Part shown: piece by piece, positions 10,978 to 21,200 of the stretch
How the letters are laid out: each line of letters starts with the position of its first letter
Numbering within the stretch: the first letter of the stretch is position 1
DNA from: a virus
Taxonomy: Duplodnaviria > Caudoviricetes
Strand: one strand, 5' to 3'
DNA length: 54,153 nucleotides
IMG/VR virus record: IMGVR_UViG_3300009181_000094
Span: 1 to 54,153 of that record
Position numbers and translations under genes: made by a program
Notes under the pieces: model-generated
The model's input: the letters and a program-made list of their open reading frames with translations, nothing else
What the model was told of the DNA's origin: nothing
The model's database searches: none

Positions 10978-12318
10978 TTAGGTGCCAGGCGGTAAGAACC
11001 CACCTTGGTCACCGTTGTCTGCACGTGGTTTAAGTATCTCGCTCAGGCTCTGACGACTTGGAATGTTGCCCAAGTCTTTGGTGTTTACTGTGGCTGTGTT
11101 ATTTACGAAGCCACTGCGCAGTGTTTTATTTGTTGGACCGTTGTTGAGATCTGTTCTTACTTTTTCGTCAACTTTGACCCATCGCAATCCGTCATATCGA
11201 AACAAGCGATTGGGTTTGTAGTCTAATCGCAGTATATACGCCCCCACCACAGGATTAGGCGGAAAGTTCACTGCAGATGTGACCGGAAGTCCGTTGGGCG
11301 CAACACCACCACCAGTAAGATAACCAGCTGCGTAGCCTTCGCTGGTTGGCGTGGTATTCATGCCACCTTGTGTGCCATCCACTGTGACATTGCCATCAGT
11401 GCTGAGACTTGTGGGATTGCCTGGTTCTCCTGTTGGCGTAGTAGACTCAAGATAGAACACAGTATTATCATACCCTGACAACGGAACTTCTGCATCTGCT
11501 TGAGCCAAGATAGCATCATTGATTTCGTAGTCTTTGTTACGGGTTCCCTGTATGTCGCTGATAGTGGCAGGATCATATGATGCCCAAAAATCTGTATTGG
11601 TGATGTCTGTGCCAGCAGGCACATTGCCTTGTGCTTGGTAATAAGTGTTGCCGTAATTGACAATGGTATTTGAAGGATAAAAATTACCTGGATCCCAGAT
11701 GTTTTCTTGCACAAGGGGCTTGTTGGTAATGGTGTTGAACTCTTGCTGGTCCTTCATTGGTGTGCATTTCACACGCCACAAGTGGGGCAACCAAGTTACT
11801 GAAAATCCTTCACTGGCGAAGTCTGCGTCTTGTATCACATAGTATCTGGGCAAGGCTCGGGGGATATTTTGATTCAGCGGATGGTAATCTTTCAAGTTGG
11901 GGATCTCAATAACATCACCGTTCATGAGTTTGCGACCAAATGTGTCAATCATGGTGTTGTAATGAAACGTCATGAATATGGTGTCGTTGTTGAGGAACAG
12001 GCCAAACTGTGTTAGGTCAAAGTCCACATCTTGTGTGTTGTAAACACCGCGCATGATATACACATCAGGATCATAAATTCTATCACGGTTCTCTAACAAC
12101 AGCAAGTCCTGAATGTTCAGCACATCCACTGTTTCGTATGTGGGCTGAGTGGCATCAAAATTTCCACTTAGTGCTGAGTCATCGCCACCCGATTGTGGAC
12201 CCATGTATTTGTGAATGTAGATATCCAATCCGCCCACAGTGTACATTTCACGTATGGTGCGGTCCAAAAATTGATAGTCTCTGGTGCGGTTGGGGCGGTA
12301 TAGGGATAAGCGTGGCAT
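10978..12318 (-). CDS. gp14: Neck/head-closure protein (T4 gp14-like)
   Basis: G.DIYIHKY...LLLENRDR.Y...DLTQFGLFL...GDVIEIP pattern; preceded by TATAAATA; adjacent to the gp15-like gene. Confidence 0.7.
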   Translation of the reverse strand: MPRLSLYRPNRTRDYQFLDRTIREMYTVGGLDIYIHKYMGPQSGGDDSALSGNFDATQPTYETVDVLNIQDLLLLENRDRIYDPDVYIMRGVYNTQDVDFDLTQFGLFLNNDTIFMTFHYNTMIDTFGRKLMNGDVIEIPNLKDYHPLNQNIPRALPRYYVIQDADFASEGFSVTWLPHLWRVKCTPMKDQQEFNTITNKPLVQENIWDPGNFYPSNTIVNYGNTYYQAQGNVPAGTDITNTDFWASYDPATISDIQGTRNKDYEINDAILAQADAEVPLSGYDNTVFYLESTTPTGEPGNPTSLSTDGNVTVDGTQGGMNTTPTSEGYAAGYLTGGGVAPNGLPVTSAVNFPPNPVVGAYILRLDYKPNRLFRYDGLRWVKVDEKVRTDLNNGPTNKTLRSGFVNNTATVNTKDLGNIPSRQSLSEILKPRADNGDQGGFLPPGT

Positions 12319-12322
12319 GTTA

Positions 12323-12330
12323 TATTTATA
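12323..12330 (-). promoter_or_regulatory. T4-type late promoter TATAAATA
   Basis: Exact T4 late consensus 4 nt upstream of the gp14 ATG. Confidence 0.8.
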
Positions 12331-12356
12331 GCACTTTGGGTTTACATTTGCTGGGG

Positions 12357-12385
12357 TTGACCAATAATTGCCAAAATGCTATAAT
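12357..12385 (+). promoter_or_regulatory. Early sigma70-like promoter (copy 1 of 5)
   Basis: TTGACC-AATAATTGCCAAAATGC (17 nt)-TATAAT, with TG extended -10. Confidence 0.85.
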
Positions 12386-12412
12386 ATGGACTTAACAACA
12401 AAGGAGCCAACA

Positions 12413-12682
12413 ATGAGTGATTTAGTTACAGATTTGCACAGTGAGATGATTAACAGTGTAGCACCAAATTACAATATCAATTATGAAGCAGAGGCTCTTG
12501 CTAGTTTTGAAGCCTCAGGCGATGACTTGATGGAAGCACTTGAGACTCGGGCTACAGACTTTATTGCAGAGACAACTGGGGCAGATGTGCGTGAGGACTT
12601 GGGTGGGCTCACTGTATTTTTCCGTGGTAATACTTTGGTTGCATTTTATGATTACGAGCAATTTAAAGGGCATGTGTTCTAA
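12413..12682 (+). CDS. Small acidic early protein (89 aa)
   Basis: AAGGAGCCAACAATG start downstream of the early promoter. Confidence 0.75.
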   Translation: MSDLVTDLHSEMINSVAPNYNINYEAEALASFEASGDDLMEALETRATDFIAETTGADVREDLGGLTVFFRGNTLVAFYDYEQFKGHVF

Positions 12683-12710
12683 AACCCTGAGCCCGCAAGG
12701 GCTTTGGGTT
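12683..12710 (+). terminator. Stem-loop (GCAA tetraloop) abutting the next early promoter
   Basis: AACCC-TG-AGCCC-GCAA-GGGCT-TT-GGGTT. Confidence 0.6.
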
Positions 12711-12737
12711 GACCAATAATTGCCATTCTGCTATAAT
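12709..12737 (+). promoter_or_regulatory. Early sigma70-like promoter (copy 2)
   Basis: TTGACC-AATAATTGCCATTCTGC-TATAAT. Confidence 0.85.
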
Positions 12738-12760
12738 TACATATAATTTAAGGAGCCCAC

Positions 12761-13897
12761 ATGAACGCAACACGAGCCGCTGTCCGGCCAATGAACCCTC
12801 GCAGTCCTGATACCAAATACACAGGACTAGAACCCACATGGCGTGTGCAACCCACAGACGATCGCACCAGCCAACTCAGTGCTGCCTTTTCGTGGTATAA
12901 CTATTTTTATGGCAAGAAAGATGCTCGCGAAATGCTGGTAGCATACTTGGAGCATCATGGACGCAAAGCAGATGTCCGTGCCCTCAAAGGAGTGCCAGAT
13001 TCAGCAGTTCGTTTGACCACGGCATGGTTGTGCCGCATGAGCATGGTGGGACTGGAACTCACAGACACTGAGCAAGTGAGACTAGAAGGTTACATACAAG
13101 AAATTCTAAAAGCCCGCGAACCCGAAGTAGCAGTGGTAGAAGCCGTACCTGTGGTGGTCAAGCCCAACATTCAAGATCGCCTGCGTGAAAAGGTATCAGA
13201 ATGTGCTGGCGAATTGGACGGCATGTTTGATGAGTTTGTTGTAAACGGCGCCAAGATGAGTGCAGACTACAAGCCTATCACAGTTATACGTGGCTTAAAT
13301 GTAGCACCGCAAATGATTTCGGACATTGCCAACTTGTGGAAACACAAACTTGCAGAATTTGAAACTGTGATCGAGGGCAAGGACGCACAATTGGTTGAGG
13401 GCTATAGCCACCTAAGCAAGATTCAAATGCGCAATCTTGTGAAGTTTTGTGAAGCGGTCATAAATGACTGTGGTGCGTATGTGCAGATCAAGAAAGTAGA
13501 ACGCAAGCCACGCAAGGTCAAGTCAGTGCCACCTGAGAAACGTGCCGCAAAATTCAAAGTGCTCATGGACTTTGCCGAGCTCAAGCTCAAAGGGCTTCCT
13601 GCCGCAAGTCTTGTGGACAAAGCCGAAGCCTGGTTGTATGACACCAAAAAGCGCAAGTTGATACACCTTGTTGCTGACAGCCACACACAGGCATTCACTG
13701 TGAAAAGCAACAGCATCATTGGTTTCAGCACCATTGAGACCATGCAGAAAACTGTGCGCAAGCCAGCAGATGTTGTGAAAGCAGTGCAAGCCGCAGGCAA
13801 GCCAGCGGCACGTAAGATCTACAAGGACTTGACTACTACAGAAACCCCGTTTAACGGGCGCGGCACAGAGAATTTGATGGTGCTCAAGGCCTGGTAA
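12761..13897 (+). CDS. Hypothetical early protein (378 aa, basic C-terminus)
   Basis: AAGGAGCC SD, long ORF with core-like codon usage; no motif recognised. Confidence 0.8.
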   Translation: MNATRAAVRPMNPRSPDTKYTGLEPTWRVQPTDDRTSQLSAAFSWYNYFYGKKDAREMLVAYLEHHGRKADVRALKGVPDSAVRLTTAWLCRMSMVGLELTDTEQVRLEGYIQEILKAREPEVAVVEAVPVVVKPNIQDRLREKVSECAGELDGMFDEFVVNGAKMSADYKPITVIRGLNVAPQMISDIANLWKHKLAEFETVIEGKDAQLVEGYSHLSKIQMRNLVKFCEAVINDCGAYVQIKKVERKPRKVKSVPPEKRAAKFKVLMDFAELKLKGLPAASLVDKAEAWLYDTKKRKLIHLVADSHTQAFTVKSNSIIGFSTIETMQKTVRKPADVVKAVQAAGKPAARKIYKDLTTTETPFNGRGTENLMVLKAW

Positions 13898-13904
13898 GTA
13901 ATGA

Positions 13905-14867
13905 ATGCCACAAGATACCAGATATGTATTAGACAAGGTTGAATTTTACATCACGAATGTTTGCAATTTAAATTGTGATCAGTGCAATCGATTCAATGAT
14001 TATAAATTTGCCGGCTGGCAACGATGGAGCGACTACGAAGCAGTTCACCGTCGGTGGGCTGACCTCATTGACATCAAGCAAATAGTAATCCTTGGCGGTG
14101 AACCCTTGTTGAATCCTTCTATAAATGAATGGATTAGAGGACTGTCAGACACATGGAAAAGACCAGTGCAAGTGTTAACCAACGGCACACGCTTAAATCA
14201 CACACCTGGATTGTATGAATCACTGCTGTCTTGGCACACTGATCCCGCAGTATTCAAACACTGGGTTGGTATCAGTGTTCACAACAAAGAAGACTTGGAT
14301 TTTTATATACAAGAAGCCAAAAAATTTCTTTGTGAACCTATTCAGATATTCACCAACAAACAAGAAACTGATGAAGAAAAATCAACACTTGGCGCTGATT
14401 TGGCACTCCTGGACGTGAATGGGGTCAGGGTGTGTTTTTGGATTCAAGACAATTTTTACAATGCTGCTGTTACCAAAAACAGCAACGGAGAGCTGACGTT
14501 GTTCAACAATGATCCAGAGATATCGCACAAGCACTGTGGATTTGTGCAATGGAAAAACTATCATTTTATCCGCGGCGCCTTGAACAAATGCGGACCTGCC
14601 CCGTTGTTTGCTGAGTTCGATCGTCAGCATCCATTGGCAATCAGCTCAGCTGATCGAGAACTGATCAATGCTTATCAGCCCTACACCGTAGATCAAGTGG
14701 AGCAACAGGGTGTTGATATTTTAAAAAACATTGACTCAGTATTGCCTCAGTGCAAGTTTTGCCCTGGTCCTAATGACATGAAATACCGGCAAATTCATGC
14801 TACTCTTAAAAATAAAACCATCCCCATAAATCAAATTAGAGCAAAAGAACTGCAGGAATCGCAATAA
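13905..14867 (+). CDS. Radical SAM protein
   Basis: CNLNCDQC (CxxxCxxC), GGEPLL, TNG, C-terminal CxxC. Confidence 0.85.
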   Translation: MPQDTRYVLDKVEFYITNVCNLNCDQCNRFNDYKFAGWQRWSDYEAVHRRWADLIDIKQIVILGGEPLLNPSINEWIRGLSDTWKRPVQVLTNGTRLNHTPGLYESLLSWHTDPAVFKHWVGISVHNKEDLDFYIQEAKKFLCEPIQIFTNKQETDEEKSTLGADLALLDVNGVRVCFWIQDNFYNAAVTKNSNGELTLFNNDPEISHKHCGFVQWKNYHFIRGALNKCGPAPLFAEFDRQHPLAISSADRELINAYQPYTVDQVEQQGVDILKNIDSVLPQCKFCPGPNDMKYRQIHATLKNKTIPINQIRAKELQESQ

Positions 14868-14870
14868 ATA
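14865..14870 (+). promoter_or_regulatory. Late promoter TAAATA
   Basis: Motif directly upstream of the gp13-like gene. Confidence 0.6.
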
Positions 14871-14888
14871 CAGGAACCGGAGTTCCAG

Positions 14889-15659
14889 ATGCCAGAACAG
14901 CAACAACAATCACTGCCCACACTAAAGCAAAACTTAATTGAATATGTCAAACTTCAATTGGGCGGCGACATCATTGACCTAGAACTAGATCCTTCACACT
15001 ACGAAGCAGCCTATCAAAAAACCATTGGCACTTATCGCCAGCGAGCCAACAATGCCTATGAAGAAAGCTACAGTTTTATGCAGTTGGTCACAGATGTCAA
15101 CATCTACGAGCTGCCCCAAGAAGTCATTAGTGTGCGCCAAATCTTCCGTAGAACTTTTGGCGATAGCTCAGGACCGTTTGCATCAAACTTTGATCCATTT
15201 GCACAAGCGTCAATCAACGTTTACCTCATGAACTTCAACGTGGCGGGCGGCCTTGCTACCTATGACTTCTACAGTCAGTATATTGAATTGGCTGGACGCA
15301 TGTTTGGTGCATACATGAACTACACATGGAATCCTGTCACAAAGAAATTGCAACTGATTCGTGATCCCAAAGGGTCAGGCGAAACTGTGTTGCTGTGGAG
15401 TTATAACTTAAAACCCGAATTTAACTTGTTGAATGACTTTCAAATCAGTCAGTGGATACGAGACTACATGGTGGCCAATTGCAAAATGATCATTGGCGAG
15501 GCACGTGAGAAATTTGGCACCATAGCTGGACCACAAGGTGGCGGTAGTCTAAACGGTGCTGCCATGAAGTCAGAAGCACAGACCCAAATGGATGGCCTAA
15601 TTGAGCAACTCAAAATGTATGTGGATGGGTCACAACCACTTACATTTGTTATTGGCTAA
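14889..15659 (+). CDS. gp13: Neck protein (T4 gp13-like)
   Basis: LIEYVKLQLGGDIIDLEL...WIRDY...K...G..REKF.TIAGP.GG.SLNG motifs. Confidence 0.8.
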   Translation: MPEQQQQSLPTLKQNLIEYVKLQLGGDIIDLELDPSHYEAAYQKTIGTYRQRANNAYEESYSFMQLVTDVNIYELPQEVISVRQIFRRTFGDSSGPFASNFDPFAQASINVYLMNFNVAGGLATYDFYSQYIELAGRMFGAYMNYTWNPVTKKLQLIRDPKGSGETVLLWSYNLKPEFNLLNDFQISQWIRDYMVANCKMIIGEAREKFGTIAGPQGGGSLNGAAMKSEAQTQMDGLIEQLKMYVDGSQPLTFVIG

Positions 15660-15686
15660 ACTGCTCGTACTTTCTTTTAAATTTCA

Positions 15687-15695
15687 TGCTATAAT
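15687..15695 (+). promoter_or_regulatory. Extended -10 promoter, probably leaderless transcript
   Basis: TGCTATAAT 5 nt before ATG 15701, with no SD. Confidence 0.55.
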
Positions 15696-15700
15696 GCGGT

Positions 15701-16219
15701 ATGGACTTAATGATCGACATTGAAGGTTTGGCCACTGGCCCTGAAGCAACAATACTGACCATTGCGGCTCAGGCATTTGATCCGCTGGGCACAGGTTACT
15801 ACGAACACAAATACTATGCTCGAGTAGATCTTGAAAGCCAAGAGAATCGTACCATTGAACAAGGCACTATAAACTGGTGGGCTACACAAAAAGAAGCCCA
15901 ACAAGAAGCCTTTGCTGAAGATGGGCGAATTCCGCTAGATCAAGCACTGGATGAATTACACCGGTTATGCTGGAAGTGCAATCGTATCTGGATGAATGGT
16001 CCCACATACGATGCCAACATCCTGGAGCATGCCTACAAGAGTTATCACAAACCCCTGCCTTGGCAGTATTACAAGATTCGTGATGCACGAACAGTGTATA
16101 GTTTGTGGCCAGGGTTGCCCAAGCCTGCTACCAGTCACCATGCGCTGGAAGACTGTCGCAGACAAATTGATTTGTTACAAGCAACTCTGCAACATTTAAA
16201 CATAACTGAACTAGCATGA
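15701..16219 (+). CDS. DEDDh 3'-5' exonuclease (DexA/exoVIII-like)
   Basis: MIDIEGL, W.NG.TYD, RDART, HHALED motifs. Confidence 0.85.
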   Translation: MDLMIDIEGLATGPEATILTIAAQAFDPLGTGYYEHKYYARVDLESQENRTIEQGTINWWATQKEAQQEAFAEDGRIPLDQALDELHRLCWKCNRIWMNGPTYDANILEHAYKSYHKPLPWQYYKIRDARTVYSLWPGLPKPATSHHALEDCRRQIDLLQATLQHLNITELA

Positions 16220-17244
16220 TCATTTCTCGATCTGCTGAATTTTTGTTCAACAGTTGCTCTGACACCGCGGTAGAAATATTTTGCAACAAAATTGTTGCTA
16301 AAAAACCCACACATGTTTTTTTGACTGTGTTGTGGGAAACTTATGAGTGTTCAGATTACTGCAAAACAGTTGATGAATATTTTTACTCTCGCGGTATTCC
16401 TACCACCTGGGTTACAACCACCTGGGCCAAAGATAATATCAGTTGGCAGCAACTGCAAAATCAAGTGGTGTTCGTTGATTTTTGTCTTTTGCGGTCTCAT
16501 CAGGAAATTGTGGTCAGACACAAAAGCAAAATTAATTTAACCTGGAATCCAGACGCTGACCATTATTTGTTTTTGACTGGAAAACCTCACAAAATAAATC
16601 GTGCTGGCTTGCTGTATAAACTGCATCAACAAGATTTACTCAAACAGTGCAATTACAGTTTTTTCATGCATCAAGGCATGTGGCAACAGACTAAAAATGT
16701 GTTGCCTGAACTGTCAGATGCTGAATTTGTTGAATTTATAAACAAGTATCAACAATCTCCGGACAATGTGACACCCACCATGCAAGTCCATGACATACAC
16801 TATGGTGGTATACCTTATGATCATGAAATGTATAGCAATTCATTGTTTCGGTTGATTGCTGAAACAGGCATGAATTACACACCACCTTGGCTGTCTGAGA
16901 AAACGTATTTGACCATACTCAACAATCAACCTTTTGTCATTGCTGGTGATATTAATAGTTGTCAATATTTAAAGACCCTGGGGTTTGAAACTTTTGATAA
17001 CATGTTTGACACACCGTCATATGACAACATATTAGACCCTATTGAAAGATTGAACACTGTGATTGAGCATGTCAAGCAGTGGTTGAATGGCAACTTTGAC
17101 CGGACTCGAGTGAAAAATATGGTCGAGCACAACTATCATCAGTTTGAAAATGTAGTGTTAAATACCAAGGACAATTTTAAAAAAGCCACTGGGTATGACA
17201 TTATCAATGCGGTTAACACACGAGACGACATTACAGGATTTTAA
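16216..17244 (+). CDS. Hypothetical protein, possibly glycosyltransferase-like
   Basis: C-terminal LIAET...LSEKTY...QPFVIAG...LGFETFD...YD motif shared with 35114..36127, reminiscent of the GT10 E..TEK motif. Confidence 0.5.
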   Translation: MIISRSAEFLFNSCSDTAVEIFCNKIVAKKPTHVFLTVLWETYECSDYCKTVDEYFYSRGIPTTWVTTTWAKDNISWQQLQNQVVFVDFCLLRSHQEIVVRHKSKINLTWNPDADHYLFLTGKPHKINRAGLLYKLHQQDLLKQCNYSFFMHQGMWQQTKNVLPELSDAEFVEFINKYQQSPDNVTPTMQVHDIHYGGIPYDHEMYSNSLFRLIAETGMNYTPPWLSEKTYLTILNNQPFVIAGDINSCQYLKTLGFETFDNMFDTPSYDNILDPIERLNTVIEHVKQWLNGNFDRTRVKNMVEHNYHQFENVVLNTKDNFKKATGYDIINAVNTRDDITGF

Positions 17245-17895
17245 ATGATAATTGGAATTTGTGGATTTATTGGCTCAGGCAAAGATACCATTGCAGATTA
17301 TCTTGTGAATTTGCATCACTTTCGCAGAGAAAGTTTTGCCAACACACTCAAAGACGCTGTGTCACAAGTGTTTGGTTGGGACAGAACCATGCTGGAAGGC
17401 CGCACAAAGCAGGCCCGTGAATGGCGTGAGCAAGTGGATCCATGGTGGGCTGAACGACTGGGCATACCGCACTTGACTCCACGTTTTATTCTACAACAAT
17501 GGGGCACAGAAGTATGCCGCAAAAACTTTCACGATGACATCTGGATTGCCAGCCTGGAAAACAAACTACGCAATTCAAAGGATGATGTTGTTATAAGTGA
17601 TTGCAGATTTCCCAACGAGATCCAAGCAATTAAACAAGCAGGAGGCATTGTGGTGCGTGTGGTGCGTGGGCCTGAACCTGAGTGGTATGATGCGGCTGTG
17701 AGTGTAAATCGTGGACCCAATGGTAACAGCACCTGGGCATTGAGTGGGCGTCGATTAGATCAACTGGGGGTGCATGCTAGTGAAACAAGTTGGGTGGGCA
17801 CACAGTTTGACGTAGTGCTGGACAACAATAGCACACTGGACAATTTATATCAACAGGTCAAGCGTCTGGTTCAAGATCACCCGCCCGCCAAGTAA
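17245..17895 (+). CDS. gp1: Deoxynucleoside monophosphate kinase (T4 gp1-like)
   Basis: GFIGSGKDT P-loop, FA..LK, PR..LQ.WGTE, ISDCRFPNE, HASE. Confidence 0.9.
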   Translation: MIIGICGFIGSGKDTIADYLVNLHHFRRESFANTLKDAVSQVFGWDRTMLEGRTKQAREWREQVDPWWAERLGIPHLTPRFILQQWGTEVCRKNFHDDIWIASLENKLRNSKDDVVISDCRFPNEIQAIKQAGGIVVRVVRGPEPEWYDAAVSVNRGPNGNSTWALSGRRLDQLGVHASETSWVGTQFDVVLDNNSTLDNLYQQVKRLVQDHPPAK

Positions 17896-18202
17896 CTTCT
17901 GTCCGGGCTATTTCTTCCACACAATTTCGGCATACTGTGCGTAGGTTTCTCAATACTGTGTTGTTGAGATCTCCATCCACATGATACACTAACAACTGAC
18001 TAGTAAATCTTGCCTTGAACCCGCATCTATCACATGCGGGTTTTTTCTTGTAGCCTGCTGATTTCCAACGCGGTTCTCTGGGCTTGATTCCTCGCCCCCG
18101 GCGTTGGCAAGTTTCACAGCGGCTGCGGTAGTGTGTGACATCTTCCCGGATATAGTTCACAGCACAAGGGCGTTGATTGCAGGCTTGACAAATGGGTCTC
18201 AT
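17858..18202 (-). CDS. Small Zn-finger/HNH endonuclease-like protein
   Basis: CxxC repeats and VYHVDGDLNN...NL.TVC.NC. Likely start at 18202, 4 nt after TAAATA. Confidence 0.65.
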   Translation of the reverse strand: MRPICQACNQRPCAVNYIREDVTHYRSRCETCQRRGRGIKPREPRWKSAGYKKKPACDRCGFKARFTSQLLVYHVDGDLNNTVLRNLRTVCRNCVEEIARTEVTWRAGDLEPDA

Positions 18203-18206
18203 TGGG

Positions 18207-18212
18207 TATTTA
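18207..18212 (-). promoter_or_regulatory. Late promoter TAAATA
   Basis: TAAATA-CCCA-ATG on the minus strand. Confidence 0.6.
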
Positions 18213-18236
18213 GCACCTGGACCTTTGGCAAAGGGC

Positions 18237-18256
18237 GGTGTAAAACACCTTTTTTT
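18237..18256 (+). terminator. Possible intrinsic terminator
   Basis: GGTGT-AAA-ACACC followed by T7; short stem. Confidence 0.45.
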
Positions 18257-18267
18257 GGGTATGCCAA

Positions 18268-18273
18268 TAAATA
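18268..18273 (+). promoter_or_regulatory. Late promoter TAAATA for the tail sheath gene
   Basis: Motif upstream of AAGGA SD and ATG 18299. Confidence 0.65.
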
Positions 18274-18298
18274 TCAATAACTTGAAAAGGAATCAACC

Positions 18299-21200
18299 AT
18301 GGCACTAGTATCACCAGGCGTAGAAGTACAAATAATTGACGAAAGTCAATATATCCCTTCTGCTGTAAACACAGTCCCTTATTTTTTAATTGCCACAGCA
18401 CAGAACAAAGCTGACGCAGCCGGTGTAGGCGTGGCAGCAGGCACAACCGCTGCCAATGCAAACAAAACTTATCTCATTACCAGTCAGCGTGATTTGGCAG
18501 CCACATTTGGTGTGCCATTCTTTTACAACACCACAACTGGAACACCAATCAATGGTTACGAACTCAACGAATATGGTTTGTTGGCAGCGTATAGTTCATT
18601 GGGGGTTACAAACCGTGCTTATGTTCAGCGTGTTGATATTGACCTAACAGAATTATCTGCAAGTTTGAGTCGCCCCACAGGCGATCCTGCCAATGGCACA
18701 TACTGGTTAGATACCAGCACCAGCACCTGGGGGGTGTTTCAGTGGAATCAAACCACTGGCGAATTTACAAATTATGTCCCCATTGTGATCACAGACACAG
18801 CAGATGTGGTAAACTATGCTGGTGGCAACTATACTCCACTTACTACAATTGGCACCATTGGCGATTATGCTGTGACCGCAGTGGCTCTTGGCAACGGCGG
18901 CTGGTATAAAAACATGGACAATGTCTGGGTGTATGTGGGCAGCGATGACTGGAAACTTTCATGGCCCACACTTCAAGGTTCAGTCAGCAACCCTAGTCTA
19001 GCCGGCACTTTTGGTTACAACATGTATATCAATGGCCAATTGGTAGCAGTGCCAGCTGGTCAGACAGTGAGTGCATTCAGCACTGCAATCAATGCTGCGT
19101 TGCCATATGGCACATACGGGTTTTATACTGAAGTAGTTGATGGCAAGTTGACATTCTATGCAGATTCAACTGCCACAAACGACGGATCAACTGCCGATGG
19201 CGGTATTGTTAGTATTACTCCTGGACCCAACAACGGTGTAGCATTGCTGGCCGCACTGGGCATCGAAGCCATCGAATATTTGACTCCTGAGTATTTTCCA
19301 GGCTACAGTTATCAGGCTCCACGTTGGAGAACTACTGATACCAGCCCACGCCCCACAGGCAGTGTATGGCAAAATCTCAGCTCGGCCAACAATGGTCTGA
19401 GTTTGAAAATCAAACAATACAGTGCAGCACTGGCCACTTGGATTACACAAACAGTGGCTCCATATGCCAACGATGCTGCTGCCAACTATGCGCTTGATCC
19501 TTCAGGTGGTGGCAAAAACATTCCTATCGGCACAACTTACACAGTGTATAATGCTTCGGCTTACACTTACAACCCTTCAAGTTCATTCCAGATCTTTGAA
19601 AGAGCTGCACTAGGCGCAACAGTGGTCACAGGTGATGTGTTGAATCCAACATTTGTCAATGGTAATTCATTCCAATTGAGTGCATCAGTAGCAGGTTCAT
19701 CAACATTTACCAACTACACAGTGACATTGACTGGAACCACACCAAGTGCATTTGTCAGTTCAGTTAGTGCAGCCAACATTCCTTATGTCAGCGCAAGTGT
19801 AAACAGCGCAGGTGCTATTGTGTTTACACACAGTCAAGGTGGAACTATGCTGGTAACCAATCTCACTGGCACTCCAATTACCACTGCTGGATTTTTGACC
19901 ACAACACAATATGTTCACGCCAGCAACACCACCGCTGGACAATTGGTATTGAGTAACTGGGTAACTGATCCTGAATTTACATACACAGCCAGCACAACAG
20001 CTCCAGATCAAAATCCTACTGACGGCCGTTACTGGTATTACAGCAGTGTGAGCGATGTTGATATCATGATCCAAGACAATGGTATTTGGCAAGGTTATCA
20101 AAACGTTACCAATGACACACGTGGATTTGACTTGACCCTGACCAATGCGTCAGGTCCGATCGTGGCAGCAACTGCGCCTCTCACACAAAACAATGCTGCA
20201 GAAAGTCCATTGGTATACGGTGATTTGTGGGTTGATACCAGTGATTTGGAAAACTATCCTAGATTGTATCGCTGGCAATCAGTGAGTGGCACTGATCAAT
20301 GGGTGGCAATTGATACCACAGATCAAACCACACAAAATGGTGTGTTGTTTGCAGATGCACGTTGGAGCACCAGTGGCGCTACCAATCCTGTGACAGATGC
20401 GTTGCCAACAATCGAAAGTTTGTTGACCAGTGATCACCTGGACTTGGATGCACCAGATCCTGCATTGTATCCCCAAGGTATGCTGTTGTGGAACACACGT
20501 CGTTCAGGTTACAATGTAAAAGCATTTACTACCAACTACTTTACCACAGCCAACTATCCTGATGCTGGCGCATACAATCCTGCAGCACCTACCAACAATG
20601 CCAACTTGCCCAATTACAGTTATACCTGGGTAACCGCAAGCGGTAACAAAGCTGATGGTTCAATGTATTCAGGTCGCCAGGCACAACGTGCATTGGTCGT
20701 GGCTGCATTGAAATCAGGTATTGATACCAGCTTGGCAGCAAGAGAAGAACAAAATCAATTCAATTTGATTGCTACTCCTGCATATCCCGAATTGGCTGTT
20801 AACATGGTAGCACTTAGCAACGAACGTGCCAACACATTGTTTGTTGTAGGCGATACACCAATGCGCCTGGCAGGCAACGGCACAGATCTTGCAACTTATG
20901 CCACAGACAACGGCGGACTTGGATTGTCAACTGGTGATGGTTTGACCATTGGTAGTGCTTATGCTGCTGTGTTCTATCCCAGCTGCCAGACCACAGACTT
21001 GTCAGGCAACACAGTTGTAACAGCACCAAGTCACATGATGATGCGCACAATCTTGCGCAGTGATGCAGTGAGCTATCCATGGTTGGCACCTGCTGGCACA
21101 CGCCGCGGTGTTGTTGACAATGCCACAGCAATTGGCTATATCAACAGTGCAACAGGCGAGTTTGTGCAAATTGCTGTGAGCCAAGGCCTGCGTGATGTTC

